This document shows, in pieces, positions 8,015 through 19,340 of a DNA stretch of 64,000 nt (its first letter is position 1; each line of letters opens with the position of its first letter). This DNA is from Candidatus Latescibacterota bacterium (GTDB lineage: Bacteria > Latescibacterota > UBA2968 > UBA8231), in contig OY730476.1 of the NCBI GenBank assembly GCA_963422735.1, forward strand, positions 2,208,001-2,272,000, given 5' to 3'. A program made the position numbers and the translations under genes. The notes under the pieces are model-generated. The model saw only the letters and a list, made by a program, of their open reading frames with translations, searched no databases and was not told the DNA's origin.

Positions 8015-10234
8015 ATGCCTTATGTAATGCCCTTTTTGTTTTCATTCGCGATTTCGGCTAGCTACGCCGACTCGCTCTCCCAAGTGGAAAGCCATCAAAA
8101 AATGGTGGCCCTCTTGGAGGAGGTTCACGCGCAAAATCTCGACGAGAACCCCTATCAGGGCGAGGGTCGGCTACGACAGTTAGAAGATCAGTTGCAGGCG
8201 CTACCCGATGTAGCCCCCGTCCAAGACCGAATCCGTCTCCTTTTTCGCCTAGGGATCGCCGAACTTTTCTTGGGACGGGAACGCCGCGCCCTAGACCGTC
8301 TCACTGCTGCCGAAAAGATGCTCGCGGCCCAACACTCGGTCCCTTCTCAGGTCGTCAATGAGATACGCTTTCGCCTAGGGCTGGCGTGGCTGCGCTTGGG
8401 GGAAACCCAAAACTGCGTCCTCAACCCCAACGCCGACCACTGCATCCTGCCCATTCGCCCAAGCGGCGTCCATACCCTCCCCAAAGGGTCGCGCCAGGCC
8501 ATCCCCTATTTCCAAGCTGTACTCGGTCACACCGCCGCAGAGGAGCGCTTGCACCTAAGTGCCCGCTGGCTGCTCAACATCGCCTATATGACCTTAGGGC
8601 AGTATCCCGAGGGAGTGCCGCCCGCTCATCGGATTCCCCCCAAAGCCTTTGAATCTCAAGCAGCGTTTCCGCGCTGGGTCAATGTGGCTCCTGCGCTCGG
8701 ACTGGATACCTTCAGCCTCTCGGGTGGGGCTGTGGCCGACGACTTCGACGGCGACGGGTACCTCGATTTCTTCGTCTCGACATCGGACTTGGCCGGACAA
8801 CTGCGCTTTTTCCGCAATGGGGGGGACGGCACCTTTGCGGACCGGACCGAGGCGGCCAACCTCAACGGGCTGTTGGGAGGACTCAACTTGGTGCAAGCTG
8901 ACTACGACAACGACGGCCACCTCGACCTGCTCGTCCTGCGTGGGGCTTGGTTCGGCGAGCATGGCCAGCACCCCAATTCGCTGCTGCGAAATGCGGGAGA
9001 TGGCACTTTCTTCGACGCGACCTTTGCCGCCGGCTTAGGGCAAGCCCACTACCCAACCCAAACCGCCGCCTGGGCCGACTACGACCTCGACGGCGACCTT
9101 GACCTCTACATCGGCAATGAAACCACTGACACCTTTGTGGCCCCCGGCCAACTCTTTCAAAACCAAGGCGACGGTACCTTCACCGATGTGGCCCCCGCCG
9201 CCGGCATTGACCAATACGCCCACGCCAAAGCCGTCGTCTGGGGTGACTACGACGGGGACCGCTGGCCCGATTTATACGTGTCCAACCTCGGACAGCCCAA
9301 TCGGCTCTACCACAATCAAGGCGACGGCACTTTTACCGATGTGGCCCCCACCGCTGGCGTTGTTGCCCCTCGGGCTAGCTTCCCGGCCTGGTTCTGGGAC
9401 TTCGACAACGACGGCCACCTCGACCTATTCGTCGCTGCATACTCGGCCACCGTCGCCGACATCGCCGCCGCGCATTTAGGCCACCCGGTGTCCGTGGAGA
9501 AGGCGCGCCTGTATCGCGGCGATGGCCAAGGCGGTTTTGCGGACGTGTCCCAAGACCGCCACCTCGCGCAGCCGACCAAACCTATGGGGGCCAATTTTGG
9601 CGATGTGGACCACGATGGATTTTTGGATGTGTACTTGGGCACCGGCGATACCGATTACGCCGAGTTGATGCCCAACGTGCTGTATTGGAACCAAGCGGGT
9701 CAGCGCTTTGTCGATGTGACTTTTGCCAGCGGGTTAGGGCATCTGCAAAAGGGGCATGGGGTCGTCTTTGCCGATGTGGACCACGATGGCGATGTGGACC
9801 TGTTCGAGCAGATGGGCGGGGCCTATCGCGGCGACGGATTCGCAGATGTGCTATATGAAAACCCAGGGTTTGGGCACGGCTGGCTGGCGGTCGAGGTGGT
9901 GGGAGTGGCGTCGAATCGGTCGGGGATCGGGACGCAGCTACGGGTAGATGTGGTGGAGGGAAACCAAAGGAGATCGCTGCACCGGTGGGTGGGCAGCGGC
10001 GGCAGTTTCGGCGGCAATCCGCTGCGTCAGTACGTGGGATTGGGTGCAGCGGAGCGGGTGGCGCAGCTAGTGGTTTTTTGGCCGAAAAGTGGCAGGGAGC
10101 AGGTGTTTGATGAAGTGCCATTGAACGCGATCGTCCGGGCCACCGAGGGACGAGACCAACTGGAGATTTTAGCTTTGCCCTCTCTTAAGTTCGATGTCGA
10201 ACATTCAAAACGGTCCGAGCACCATCTACATTAA
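8015..10234 (+). CDS. CRTAC1-like FG-GAP/VCBS repeat protein with ASPIC/UnbV domain and TPR-like N-terminus
   Basis: Repeated D-x-D-x-D-G-x-x-D loops, NQGDGTFTDVA, C-terminal SGGSFGGNP..GLG..FWPKSG; signal peptide. Confidence 0.9.
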   Translation: MPYVMPFLFSFAISASYADSLSQVESHQKMVALLEEVHAQNLDENPYQGEGRLRQLEDQLQALPDVAPVQDRIRLLFRLGIAELFLGRERRALDRLTAAEKMLAAQHSVPSQVVNEIRFRLGLAWLRLGETQNCVLNPNADHCILPIRPSGVHTLPKGSRQAIPYFQAVLGHTAAEERLHLSARWLLNIAYMTLGQYPEGVPPAHRIPPKAFESQAAFPRWVNVAPALGLDTFSLSGGAVADDFDGDGYLDFFVSTSDLAGQLRFFRNGGDGTFADRTEAANLNGLLGGLNLVQADYDNDGHLDLLVLRGAWFGEHGQHPNSLLRNAGDGTFFDATFAAGLGQAHYPTQTAAWADYDLDGDLDLYIGNETTDTFVAPGQLFQNQGDGTFTDVAPAAGIDQYAHAKAVVWGDYDGDRWPDLYVSNLGQPNRLYHNQGDGTFTDVAPTAGVVAPRASFPAWFWDFDNDGHLDLFVAAYSATVADIAAAHLGHPVSVEKARLYRGDGQGGFADVSQDRHLAQPTKPMGANFGDVDHDGFLDVYLGTGDTDYAELMPNVLYWNQAGQRFVDVTFASGLGHLQKGHGVVFADVDHDGDVDLFEQMGGAYRGDGFADVLYENPGFGHGWLAVEVVGVASNRSGIGTQLRVDVVEGNQRRSLHRWVGSGGSFGGNPLRQYVGLGAAERVAQLVVFWPKSGREQVFDEVPLNAIVRATEGRDQLEILALPSLKFDVEHSKRSEHHLH

Positions 10235-10455
10235 TCAATAGTGCTAGTTAGGCTGATAGCGGTCCTAGGTACTTCCTACGCTGAGATTGCCACACCTTTC
10301 AGCCTAGGAGCGTCTCCATGGCCACGACCGAGTTTATAATAATTGACGTTACGCCGTTTTAGGTGCGTGGGCCGGATGAGACCTACCATCCGTTACAGAC
10401 TGACGTTGCGTAGCGCCTTGGCGTTAGGTGCTCGTGCGTACCATCCGTACGTTTA

Positions 10456-11215
10456 TTGCCTGAAGCCACTGATGTGGCAGCAGAGTTTTTTCTATTTGGG
10501 GTTTGTGTGCTTTTGGCTGGGGTACTCTGGTTCATTCCCATTCCCGAAAACCTACCGGTCAAAGGTTGGCATGTCTTTTCGGTTTTTATCGCTGTGATTA
10601 CGAGCTTTATTTTTCTTCTAGCAAAGCCTTTATTGAAGGACACCCGTGAAGCGCAAGCAGTCACGCGAAGGGATCTTGAGGAGATAGGCAGGTGGAGCAA
10701 GGGCGAAAAGATTATAGGGGTCGTGTTGCCGGTCCTGCCCCTATTGTGGGTGACCAAACCGTTGCATGGAACGCATACAAAGTTGGTCGCTCGGATTGGT
10801 GTATCAATTCTACTCATCACCAATACCGAAAAATGGCAGGATAGGGTGGAGAACGACAAAGCGTGGGAGACGCTGATATGGATTGATGGTTTGCTGACTA
10901 TGGAGAAAAGCCTCAGAGAGCACGGGTTCATTGATTGGTTTGCACAGACCGTCGGCGTGTGGTTTGCTGATGTCAGCGGTATAACGGTCGTCTTGGTTAT
11001 GGCACTAATTTACTTCTATTCGATGTACAGTTTTTCGACGTTGTCAGCGCACATTGCTGCGAAGGGTACTGTGTTTTTAGCTATGTCTCTAGGCACGGGC
11101 ACCGGCGATGCTCACGGTCGCCATATTCGCATATTTTTCTAACCTCTGTGGGTGTACGACCAACTACTCGACGGGGCCGGTGATTATCTACTTTGGTCTG
11201 GATTATGTATCTCGA
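10456..11215 (+). pseudogene. DASS-family (divalent anion:Na+ symporter) pseudogene, internally deleted and frameshifted
   Basis: LWFIPIPENLPVKGWHVFSVFIAVI joined to AWETLIWIDG..YFYSMYSFSTLSAH; shifted frame AYFSNLCGCTTNYSTGPVIIYFGLDYV; about half normal length. Confidence 0.8.
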
Positions 11216-11353
11216 TATCCTCGAAGGAGGCGATGTGGATGGCTGCGACGAAATGGCCGTCTGCGCCGGGGATCGGCCCGCCTTCGATGCTCCCTAATTC
11301 GGCGACTACCAGCGCTAGTATCCACGCGGGTTTCTTCGTCGAACTCGCTCACG

Positions 11354-12187
11354 TTACCCTTCTTGCGCCGCCCGCGTAATCGCCGCGATTTTGTCGGCAA
11401 AGCGTACTTGGCTGTCGTCTTGGGGCGCGTAGCCGATTACTCGTCGGGCAGTGGCTAGGCTCCAGAAGTTGTGCGCGTTGCCGCTGATGCCGTAGAAAAT
11501 CTGGAAGGGCACGCCGTTGGCGTCGCGGATGTCCTCGGTCTCAATACTCTTGATTACCAGTTGCACTTGGTCTCGCACGCTGAGATAGGCCCCCAAGCCT
11601 CGGTGCATTTGCTGTAGGTCGTTGCCGCAGCCGTCGATGTCGGTCTCGCGGGGGCCACCGATGCGCAATTGCACATTTTCCAAGATCGGCCCCTCCTCAC
11701 CACAAGCAAACATGAAGCCCAGTAGTTCGTACGATGCCTTGGCCCAACCGTAGAAGTTGTCCGATAGCGGCAGCATATCGGGCGTGACAAAGTCCATGCG
11801 CCCCGACCAGATCAGATTTTCGTAGTAGTCGGCTGCGTGGTTGGAGCTGACGATCACGGCTCGCCGCACGCCCTCGTCTTGGCAGACCCGGTACACATTG
11901 TGGGCCATGGTGATATTGTTGGCCTCGTTCCAGAAGCGTCGTTCTCCCCGACCGGTTGAGATAAAGCCGCAGTGGACCACCGCGTCGGCACCTTTGAAGT
12001 GTTCACGGTATTTGTCGCGGTCTTTCTCCACCAGATCGGCGATGTGGACTCCTGCTACCTCTTCGCCTTGGCGATTAGTCATTTTTACATCTAGCAGAAC
12101 GGTTTCGTAGCGTTCCTGTAGGGCCGGCAACATGCGGCCGGCGACGTACCCGGCGGCACCGGTGACGACGATTTTGTGTTTGGTCAT
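11354..12187 (-). CDS. NAD-dependent epimerase/dehydratase (uronate dehydrogenase-like SDR)
   Basis: TGAAGYVA, SSNHA, YGWAK, LRIG. Confidence 0.85.
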   Translation of the reverse strand: MTKHKIVVTGAAGYVAGRMLPALQERYETVLLDVKMTNRQGEEVAGVHIADLVEKDRDKYREHFKGADAVVHCGFISTGRGERRFWNEANNITMAHNVYRVCQDEGVRRAVIVSSNHAADYYENLIWSGRMDFVTPDMLPLSDNFYGWAKASYELLGFMFACGEEGPILENVQLRIGGPRETDIDGCGNDLQQMHRGLGAYLSVRDQVQLVIKSIETEDIRDANGVPFQIFYGISGNAHNFWSLATARRVIGYAPQDDSQVRFADKIAAITRAAQEG

Positions 12188-12268
12188 GGATTCTTCCTAA
12201 GCTGTAAGTTCTGTTGAAGATTCTGGTTGATCGACGGCTGACGCGATTGCTTCGGCATGCAGACTTAA

Positions 12269-13078
12269 CTACACCTCCAACACAGGGCGGTCCAACCGTG
12301 CGTGATAGGGCGGCTCGAGGACTTTGCGCTGCTCGTCGGTCAAAAGGGCGAGCATGTCTTCGGGCCAGTTGTGGGCCACATAGGCGAGGTTGCCCGGTGA
12401 GAAGCGGAAGAGCGCGGTGCGGCGGTCGTGGTCGGCTGTCCAAGGCAAGGTGCCGTGGGTGGTGGCCTCGGTGAATAGGACGCAGTCGCCGGCGTTGCAA
12501 GTAATCTGCTTGATGAACTCGCGATATGCCTCGCCGCGCCGAAGCGCCATCGGGCAGGGATAGTTGCCCTTGTGACTGCCTGGGATCAAACACAACCCCC
12601 CGTCGCCCTCGCGGATGTCTGCGAGCTGATAGGCGGCCACGGTCAGGCCGTTGTGCATCTTGCCGTCTTTGAAGATGTAGTACTGATGGCGGTCAAAGCC
12701 GGGGCCAGACGACCCGTGCAAGAGGTGGCCCTCGGCCTCTTTGCGCATGGTGATGATGCCGAGATTGTGATCGAGGCGGAACCCTTCGCCCAAAATCTCG
12801 TGCAGGTAGGGCACCACCTTGGGGTTGATCAGCATGTCGCGGAAAGGGCGGCCATGCGGGTCGGGCCACGAGAGAGCGCCGCCGAGGTCGCCGCGTCCAG
12901 TGACGCCTTCGAGCGCCTTGGAGCCGGCCGACAGCGACAGTTCGCCGATGCGCTCGCGGACCTGATCGGCATGGCGGTCAATGGCCTCGTTGGCCAGCGC
13001 GATGTTCTCGGCCGACAAAACGTTGCGCACGACGATGTAGCCGTTGAGATCAAAAAAATATTTTTCGTCTTCGTTCAT
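12269..13078 (-). CDS. PhyH-family dioxygenase with non-canonical H-x-S motif
   Basis: FDLNGY, LLHGSS, DGGLCLIPGSHK, ATTHGT. Confidence 0.85.
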   Translation of the reverse strand: MNEDEKYFFDLNGYIVVRNVLSAENIALANEAIDRHADQVRERIGELSLSAGSKALEGVTGRGDLGGALSWPDPHGRPFRDMLINPKVVPYLHEILGEGFRLDHNLGIITMRKEAEGHLLHGSSGPGFDRHQYYIFKDGKMHNGLTVAAYQLADIREGDGGLCLIPGSHKGNYPCPMALRRGEAYREFIKQITCNAGDCVLFTEATTHGTLPWTADHDRRTALFRFSPGNLAYVAHNWPEDMLALLTDEQRKVLEPPYHARLDRPVLEV

Positions 13079-14346
13079 CTAACATTCCTCTTTCCATAAA
13101 GGGCCGTCGGCCGTAGCCCGCCACAGTTCCTCAAAGTGCTCGGGGTCTTTGTCCGCGTCCCAGAATTCGGTGGTGAGCGGGTTGGCATACGAAGGTGGCC
13201 GGCCGGGGATGCCTTGGCGGTGCAAGCGGTCGTGGAAGCGCAGGTTGTCGGTGGAGCCGCTCGGCTCGGGATCGTGGCGCAAATACGCGGTGAGACCACC
13301 TGCGGAGCGAATGCGGATCAAGAAGCGGCCTTTATCGACCGGGGCCGCGCTGGTCAGTTTTTCCAATTGTGCGCGATCAAGTTCAACCCCTAGCCCCGGC
13401 CCATCGGGCACGGCGACACTGCCGTCGATTACAGGCATAGGCTCTGTGACGACGTCCTCCTGCCACAGGTGGCAGAGATTGACGTGATCAATGGTGGCCA
13501 TTTTGAACACCGCTACCTCGTGGGCTAAGAAGGCTTGGTTGATCGCGCCGCCGGTTTGTTGGTACATGAGGGGCGTGTTGAGACGCTCGGCAATGGCGGC
13601 TTGTTTGACAGCATTGCCGATGGGGGCGTGCCCGGCCATGGTCCCATCGACGTAGCGCTTGGTCATGGCTTCGGCTGGGACGTGGTGGCCGATGATGGGC
13701 AGCGGGCACTGCTCGCGCAACATGCGGTAGGCATCTTCGTCCGTGCCTTGGACTACATCTTCAAAGCGGCCGGCGACCCGGAACTTGACCAACTCGGCGA
13801 GAATAGTCCGCATGGTGTAGTAGTTGCTGTTGGCATTGAAGTCGTAGTGGACCTTGAAATAGGGTGGGGCGGCCTCCTGCATGGCTTCGGTTTGGGCGAT
13901 GACGTCCTGCATTTCATCGACGTGGTATTTGATCCAGTGATAGCCTTGGGCGGCGGCTTGGCGCACCTCTTCGGCCATGGCGTTTGGGGCTTGGGCCACG
14001 GTCCAAGCGGCGACTGGGATCCACGAGCGGACCTGGGGCCGATCAGCTTCCACGCGGGGATGCCGAGGTGCTTGCCCATTAGGTCGTAGCAGGCCATGTT
14101 CATGGCGAGGTCCTGCTCGGCATTGATCCAGTCAAAGGGCGAAGTACCGATGTATCTTTCGCGCAATGCATCGCCGTCTGGTGCGTCGCCGATGTTCTCG
14201 CCGAGGCCCTCTAGGCCGTTGTCCGTGTGGACGACGAGGATGGCACGGCGTTGGATGCGCTCGCCGTGGTAGCGGGCCAGCGACAGGGCGTTGAAATCGC
14301 AATACGGTGGGCAGATAGCGTGGACTTCGATGTCGGTGATGTGCAT
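13079..14346 (-). pseudogene. Mandelate racemase/MLE-family enzyme with a single-base frameshift
   Basis: MHITDIEV..YDLMGKHLGIPAWKLIGP / QVRSWIPV..PDGPGLGVELD; span 1268 nt is 1 nt short; shift in G-run 14035-14038 (may be a sequencing error). Confidence 0.8.
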
Positions 14347-14426
14347 GGGACGGGCCGGGAAAAGGGTGGGGTGCGTTCGCAAGTGGGTCTAGTATAGCAG
14401 TACGCAATTGCTTCGGCAACCGAGAA

Positions 14427-15281
14427 ATGGGAGGTCTTGTGGAAGCTGAGATAAAGGAGAAAGTGGATCAATTGCGCCGCGAGGGGTGGTGCGTCTTGGA
14501 GCAGATTATTCCGGCGGACGCCATAGACCGAATGCGGGCGCACGTACAAGAAGCGCACGAAAAGGCGCAGCAGGACTACGAGGCCATGGGCGGGAATATC
14601 GGGCGGCAGACCGGGCCCAACGGCGAGCCGGGCGTTTGCCTGATCGCGTATTTGCCGGAGTTTGCTCCGTATCTAGGCGACGAGCGTTTGTTGGGGGTGG
14701 CGCGGGCGGTTTTTGGAGGGCACGTGCGGATCGCGCAGACCGAGTTTAAGATGCAAGTACCCAACCGCGAGGACTTGGACTGGCGCGGCTTTCATTCAGA
14801 TTGGCCACACGATCTGACCGACAGGGATCTCGCCGGCCGGGTGGCTCAGCCCTTCCCGGACGCGACCATGCAGCTATCGGTGTTGTGGATGCTGTCGCCG
14901 TTTGGCCCAGAGACGGGCGGGACGTGGGTGGTGCCGCGCAGTCACCGCGACCCACTCAACCCGCGGATGCACCAGACGCCCGAAGGGCTAGAAGAGCGGA
15001 TTGACCAGTTCAAGCCGATTCGCGGGGAGACCCAAGTCGTCGGTCCGGCTGGCAGTGCGCTGGTGATGGACAGCCGGATATGGCATTCGACCGCGGCGAA
15101 TCCCAGCCCAGAGCCGCGAGTGGCGATCATCACGCGCTATTGTCCGTGGTGGTTGAGCGTGGAATTTGGGGGGCGCAACAATGCGATTGTGCCGAGGGCG
15201 ACCTACGAGGCCCTGCCGGAGGCAGTTAAGCCGCTCTATCGGCACCGGGCCGAGGGGGGGGTGGATGCGTTTTGGGGGTGA
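14427..15281 (+). CDS. PhyH-family dioxygenase
   Basis: REGWC, FHSD, TGGTWVVPRSH, RIWHS; start may be GTG 14439. Confidence 0.88.
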   Translation: MGGLVEAEIKEKVDQLRREGWCVLEQIIPADAIDRMRAHVQEAHEKAQQDYEAMGGNIGRQTGPNGEPGVCLIAYLPEFAPYLGDERLLGVARAVFGGHVRIAQTEFKMQVPNREDLDWRGFHSDWPHDLTDRDLAGRVAQPFPDATMQLSVLWMLSPFGPETGGTWVVPRSHRDPLNPRMHQTPEGLEERIDQFKPIRGETQVVGPAGSALVMDSRIWHSTAANPSPEPRVAIITRYCPWWLSVEFGGRNNAIVPRATYEALPEAVKPLYRHRAEGGVDAFWG

Positions 15282-15320
15282 GAGAGGGCAGTTTATTCTT
15301 CTTCGTCTTTGTATTTTTTC

Positions 15321-16229
<909 letters not shown>

Positions 16230-16343
16230 GTGTCAACGGGCTAAGCCTCATTGAAGCATGGAAATTTTCGGTTTCTTTCTCGCGCCTAAGGCGTATATCT
16301 TCCGGGTCGCAAGGCCCGGCTTCATTGAATAAGGAGACGCGCA

Positions 16344-17708
16344 GTGCCCAACAAACCGCCGAATGTCGTTCTCGTCTTCGCCGACCAATGGCGTGCCCAA
16401 GCCTTGGGGTACGCTGGCGACCCCAATGTGCAAACCCCCAATCTGGACGCGCTAGCCAGCCGCAGCGTCAACTGCACCCACGCGGTGTCTGGCTGCTCGG
16501 TGTGCTCACCTGCGCGAGCCTCGCTCCTGACCGGTCAATACCCCCTCACGCACGGAGTCTTCGTCAACGACGTGGAGCTGGGCCAAGACGCCACGAGCCT
16601 CGCGCAGGCTTTTAGCGCAGGTGGCTACGACACAGCCTATATCGGCAAGTGGCACGTCAATGGCCGGGGCCGGAGCCGCTATATTCCGCCCGAGCGGCGG
16701 CAGGGCTTCGAGTACTGGAAGGTGCTCGAATGCACCCACGACTACAACCATTCCGCGTACTATGCCGGCGACTCGGACGAGCGACTCGTGTGGGAGGGCT
16801 ACGATGCCTTGGCCCAAACCCGCGACGCCCAAGCGTACCTGCACAACCGAGGCAGCTTCACCTCGACTTCGGGCGAGTTCAAGCCCTTTTTACTGGTCCT
16901 ATCGTGGGGACCGCCGCACGCTCCCTATCACACGGCACCGGAAGCGTACCAAGCTCGGTACGATCCAGCAGCTATTGCCTTGCGGCCCAACGTGCCGGCC
17001 GACTGGGCCGAAAGTGCGCGGCAGTGGCTCGCCGGATACTACGCCCATTGCACGGCCCTAGACGACTGCGTCGGCATGTTGCTCCAGACCTTACAGGAGG
17101 ACTTGGAGCAAGAGACTATCTTTCTATTTTTTTCGGATCACGGCGACATGCTCGGCTCGCAGGGTATGGACAAAAAGCAAAAGCCCTACGAAGAGTCCAT
17201 CCGCGTACCGTTCCTGTTGCGCTATCCGGGGATGGGTGCCGCCGGCCGACAGCTCGACGCGCTGATCGACCTGCCAGACATCATGCCGACGCTACTGGGC
17301 CTGTGCGGCTTACCGATTCCTTCCACCGTGGAGGGAATCGACTTTTCCGAGTACCTGCAAGGCGGCCCAGACCCCTCGGACGGCACCGCGCTCTTGCAGT
17401 GTCCCCATCCCTTTGGGCAGTGGTGGACCGGCGTCGGCGGCCGGTCCTATCGGGGCCTACGCACCCGCCGCCACACGTACGTGCGCGCCTTAGAGGGGCC
17501 GTGGCTGCTCTACGACAACGAGGCCGACCCCTTCCAACAGGACAACCTCGTGGGACAGCCCGACCATCAGAGCTTGCTAGACGAATTAGACGCGACCCTA
17601 ACGCGCCGCCTCGCCGCAGCCGACGACCCCTTCCTCCCCGGCCCGGCCTATCTCGAACGCTGGGGGTACCAAGTAGATGCGCGAGGCACCGTTCCCTACA
17701 CTGGATGA
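16344..17708 (+). CDS. Cys-type (FGly) sulfatase
   Basis: PNVVLVFADQ, CSPARASLLTG, GKWH, SDHG; AAGGAG RBS. Confidence 0.93.
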   Translation: MPNKPPNVVLVFADQWRAQALGYAGDPNVQTPNLDALASRSVNCTHAVSGCSVCSPARASLLTGQYPLTHGVFVNDVELGQDATSLAQAFSAGGYDTAYIGKWHVNGRGRSRYIPPERRQGFEYWKVLECTHDYNHSAYYAGDSDERLVWEGYDALAQTRDAQAYLHNRGSFTSTSGEFKPFLLVLSWGPPHAPYHTAPEAYQARYDPAAIALRPNVPADWAESARQWLAGYYAHCTALDDCVGMLLQTLQEDLEQETIFLFFSDHGDMLGSQGMDKKQKPYEESIRVPFLLRYPGMGAAGRQLDALIDLPDIMPTLLGLCGLPIPSTVEGIDFSEYLQGGPDPSDGTALLQCPHPFGQWWTGVGGRSYRGLRTRRHTYVRALEGPWLLYDNEADPFQQDNLVGQPDHQSLLDELDATLTRRLAAADDPFLPGPAYLERWGYQVDARGTVPYTG

Positions 17709-17723
17709 GGAGTGAAACCCTAA

Positions 17724-17912
17724 GAATCTGTCTGAAACCCCTAGCGGCCTGTCACGCCTGCTCCACCCGTCCTTTAGGCAGGATAGGCGTGGTGAAGCGG
17801 ACGGCGGCCAACACGGCAGCCGGCCTTGGGCGAAGCCGCCACGTTTGCACCGCCTAAAGTTGGCGTATATGCGCATGCGCTCGGGGCGCACCCGGAATTT
17901 TAAGACAGCTTC
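17724..17912. mobile_element. MITE with IS5-like ends, 189 bp
   Basis: TAA-GAATCTGTCTGAAA...TTTAAGACAGCTTC-TAA: 12/14 inverted repeat with TAA duplication; ends resemble 54458-54607. Confidence 0.65.
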
Positions 17913-17930
17913 TAAACAAAGGAGCACGAC

Positions 17931-18917
17931 ATGTATAAAGCTGGAGTCATTGGCTGCCGCGGCATTGGCGTGGCCCACGCCACTGGGATTGTCGGGTCGG
18001 ATCGCGCCAGCCTCGCGGCGGCTTGCGACCTCGACGAAGCGACCCTCCGCGAGTTTGAGCAACGCTGGCCGGACGCAAGCCTTGCCCTGTACCGCGATCA
18101 CCGCGAGATGCTCGCCCGAGAATCGCTGGACATCGTCACCGTCGCCACCTCGGATCACCGCCACGCCGACCTAGTCGTCGATGCGGCCAACGCCGGGGCC
18201 AAGGGCATCTTCTGCGAAAAGCCGCTGGCCACCAACCTCGCCGACGCCGACCGCATGATCGCCGCTTGCAACGCCAACAATACCACCCTATCGGTTGATC
18301 ACACCCGGCGCTTCATACCCCTGTGGCGGCACGCCAAAGAAGAAATCGTCGATCGAGGCCTCATCGGCCCTGTGCAGTACGTCGTCGGCGCGCTTTCCGG
18401 CCCCCGAGCCATGCTTTTCCGCAACGGCACCCACACCCTCGACGCTATATGCTACTACGCAGGCGCGCAGCCCCAGTGGGTGGTGGCTGAATTGGAAGAA
18501 GGGTACGAGGACTACGCCGAGTACCGCGGCGATGGCGGGCACGTGCCGGCCACTGAGCCAGGGGCCAACGGGTACATCCACTTTTCTGGGGGGGTGCGGG
18601 GTTTCTACATTGGCGGCTCTAAGACCACGCCAGCACCCAAGCAGCAAATCGAAGTAGTCGGCACCACTGGACGAGTACTCCTCGGCAGCGACAGCGGCAC
18701 CCTATATCGCGACGAAGAGCCAGAACCCCTCGCGCCGCCGACTTGGCCGGTCGAGGGCATCCCTGCCGGCATCCACGAACTGATCGCATCCATGGACCAA
18801 GGGGTCGAGTCGGTCTCGCCGGGCCAGGCTGGCCACCTCGTAGTAGAGCTGATTATCGGATTTTTAGAATCGCAAAAACAGGGCAACGTACCGGTGCCTA
18901 TCCCAGTACCTAGGTAA
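17931..18917 (+). CDS. Gfo/Idh/MocA oxidoreductase
   Basis: GVIGCRGIG, CEKP, NGTHTLD. Confidence 0.92.
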   Translation: MYKAGVIGCRGIGVAHATGIVGSDRASLAAACDLDEATLREFEQRWPDASLALYRDHREMLARESLDIVTVATSDHRHADLVVDAANAGAKGIFCEKPLATNLADADRMIAACNANNTTLSVDHTRRFIPLWRHAKEEIVDRGLIGPVQYVVGALSGPRAMLFRNGTHTLDAICYYAGAQPQWVVAELEEGYEDYAEYRGDGGHVPATEPGANGYIHFSGGVRGFYIGGSKTTPAPKQQIEVVGTTGRVLLGSDSGTLYRDEEPEPLAPPTWPVEGIPAGIHELIASMDQGVESVSPGQAGHLVVELIIGFLESQKQGNVPVPIPVPR

Positions 18918-18938
18918 TAACCGACGCCCGTTGGCTCC

Positions 18939-18964
18939 GTAGGGGCGTCCCTTGTGGACGCTCT
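18939..18964. repeat. GTAG-type REP-like hairpin between convergent genes
   Basis: GTAGGGGCGTCCCTTGTGGACGCTCT; a related GTAGGGGCAC..GTGCCC lies at 48361. Confidence 0.5.
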
Positions 18965-18974
18965 CTTTTTACGC

Positions 18975-19340
18975 CTAGTCCAAATCCACGACCACCCGGC
19001 CGGCCTCCACGTTAGCCGGATAGGTCCGCACCCGCACCTTTTCGGGTTCGCAGAGCGAGCGGCCCGTGCGCACATCGTATTCCCAGCCGTGCCACGGACA
19101 GCTCAGAATTTCGCCCGCGCACCCCAAGACAATCTCGTCCCCTGGGCAATGCGCTAGCGCCGTACCCTCAATTCGGCCGGCCGACAGGCGCGCTCCTTGG
19201 TGCGGGCAAACATCGCGGAGCGCGTAGCAGGTACTTCCCTGCCGCACGATGGCCAAGCCTCGCCCCCCGACCTCGACTCGGCGGACCTCGCCGTCGGCAA
19301 AGGCATCGATCGGACCTACGTCAACGCGCCGCGAACCCAT
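18975..19340 (-). CDS. Rieske [2Fe-2S] ferredoxin
   Basis: CPHQG and CPWHG; overlaps amidohydrolase 3' end. Confidence 0.92.
   Translation of the reverse strand: MGSRRVDVGPIDAFADGEVRRVEVGGRGLAIVRQGSTCYALRDVCPHQGARLSAGRIEGTALAHCPGDEIVLGCAGEILSCPWHGWEYDVRTGRSLCEPEKVRVRTYPANVEAGRVVVDLD

Noticed and set aside
10245-10310. TPP riboswitch (GCTGAGA) before the DASS remnant
   Set aside because: Lacks the GAACCTGAT..TAAT..GCG half; only an 8-bp inverted repeat is present
11216-11350. Ldh_2-like fragment GADGHFVAAIHIASFEDI on the minus strand
   Set aside because: Too short to support a call
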